A DNA stretch of 64,000 nucleotides from a virus (Duplodnaviria; Heunggongvirae; Uroviricota; Caudoviricetes): IMG/VR virus record IMGVR_UViG_3300024341_000001; one strand, 5' to 3'. The stretch's first letter is position 1; every line of letters starts with the position of its first letter. A program made the translations under genes and the position numbers. Of this stretch, positions 63,528 through 64,000 are shown one piece after another. The notes under the pieces were generated by a model that saw only the letters and a program-made list of their open reading frames with translations, made no database searches and was not told the DNA's origin.

Positions 63528-64000
63528 TGGCATCATTTGTGTGCCCTCCGACTACTTCGGAGGATATATTAAAGAAAGTAAAAGCCTCAAAGGAAGCTAG
63601 TGTTGCAGGTGCATTTGCTGGCACTGGAATACCTGCACTGGATTCAATTATATCGGGATTATCTGATACTATCGGAGGATTAACTTCCGCAGGTATACAA
63701 ACCGCTGTGACACAAATGCAAGAAGCCGCACAAGAAAAATTAGGCGCATTTGCATCTAGTGCTTTGGCCGGCCTAGTTTCTATTTTGAATCTATCCGCGG
63801 AAGCCGAATCAGTCTCTTTTGGGATGACCTTGGATTCCCTGAAAAGGCAGGTCGCATTACGATTATTATCACTAAATGAAATATTATATCATACGGACGG
63901 CGCATTAAATATATTACGAAGATTATCAAAACCATATATAAAATCAGTTAACACTCAATTAAAATACGCTTATCCCTTTATCAAAAAAGCATTGGAGGAT
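63527..64000 (+). CDS. Hypothetical virion-module protein (partial)
   Basis: ATG overlaps the sigma stop; frame open to window end. Confidence 0.6.
   Translation, partial: MASFVCPPTTSEDILKKVKASKEASVAGAFAGTGIPALDSIISGLSDTIGGLTSAGIQTAVTQMQEAAQEKLGAFASSALAGLVSILNLSAEAESVSFGMTLDSLKRQVALRLLSLNEILYHTDGALNILRRLSKPYIKSVNTQLKYAYPFIKKALED

Noticed and set aside
1-64000. Stop-codon reassignment (TAG to an amino acid) suggested by the CTA tRNA
   Set aside because: Long genes on both strands (923, 790, 707, 647 aa) are intact in code 11. Every broken gene is explained by an intron or a frameshift, not by an in-frame TAG.
1-64000. CRISPR array, integrase or IS element
   Set aside because: I saw no regularly spaced repeats and no recombinase or transposase motifs.

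Overview
AT-rich fragment of a large tailed-phage genome. Positions 1-55.9 kb are transcribed almost entirely on the minus strand. They hold an RNA/translation island with about 39 tRNA or tRNA-like genes (19 amino acids, no Ala, none with encoded CCA), interleaved with accessory genes. A nucleotide-metabolism and replication block follows (nrdJ, dut, recU, AAA_24 ATPase, DUF669, exonuclease, SF2 helicase). From 55.98 kb a divergent plus-strand tail module begins (frameshifted tail chaperone, tape measure, baseplate-like proteins, sigma factor). Features missed by the ORF track: (1) an RNase P RNA-like gene between two tRNA-Glu genes; (2) a tmRNA split in its T-loop by a group I intron carrying an antisense LAGLIDADG gene whose promoter lies in the ribozyme core; (3) two more group I introns splitting an AAA ATPase and the helicase DEVH motif; (4) two circularly permuted tRNA-like (YrlA-like) RNAs; (5) a second tmRNA-shaped RNA with a non-Ala acceptor; (6) an amber-anticodon tRNA and a Leu-bodied tRNA with a CAT anticodon; (7) a release-factor gene joined by a prfB-like CTT-TGA +1 frameshift; (8) a ubiquitin-like (C-terminal GG) plus ThiF/E1 operon at the left edge; (9) several pseudoknotted intergenic RNAs. 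All RNA structures were paired by eye; no covariance or database searches were run. OmpA and outer-membrane barrel genes suggest a diderm host that uses Shine-Dalgarno sites (inference).
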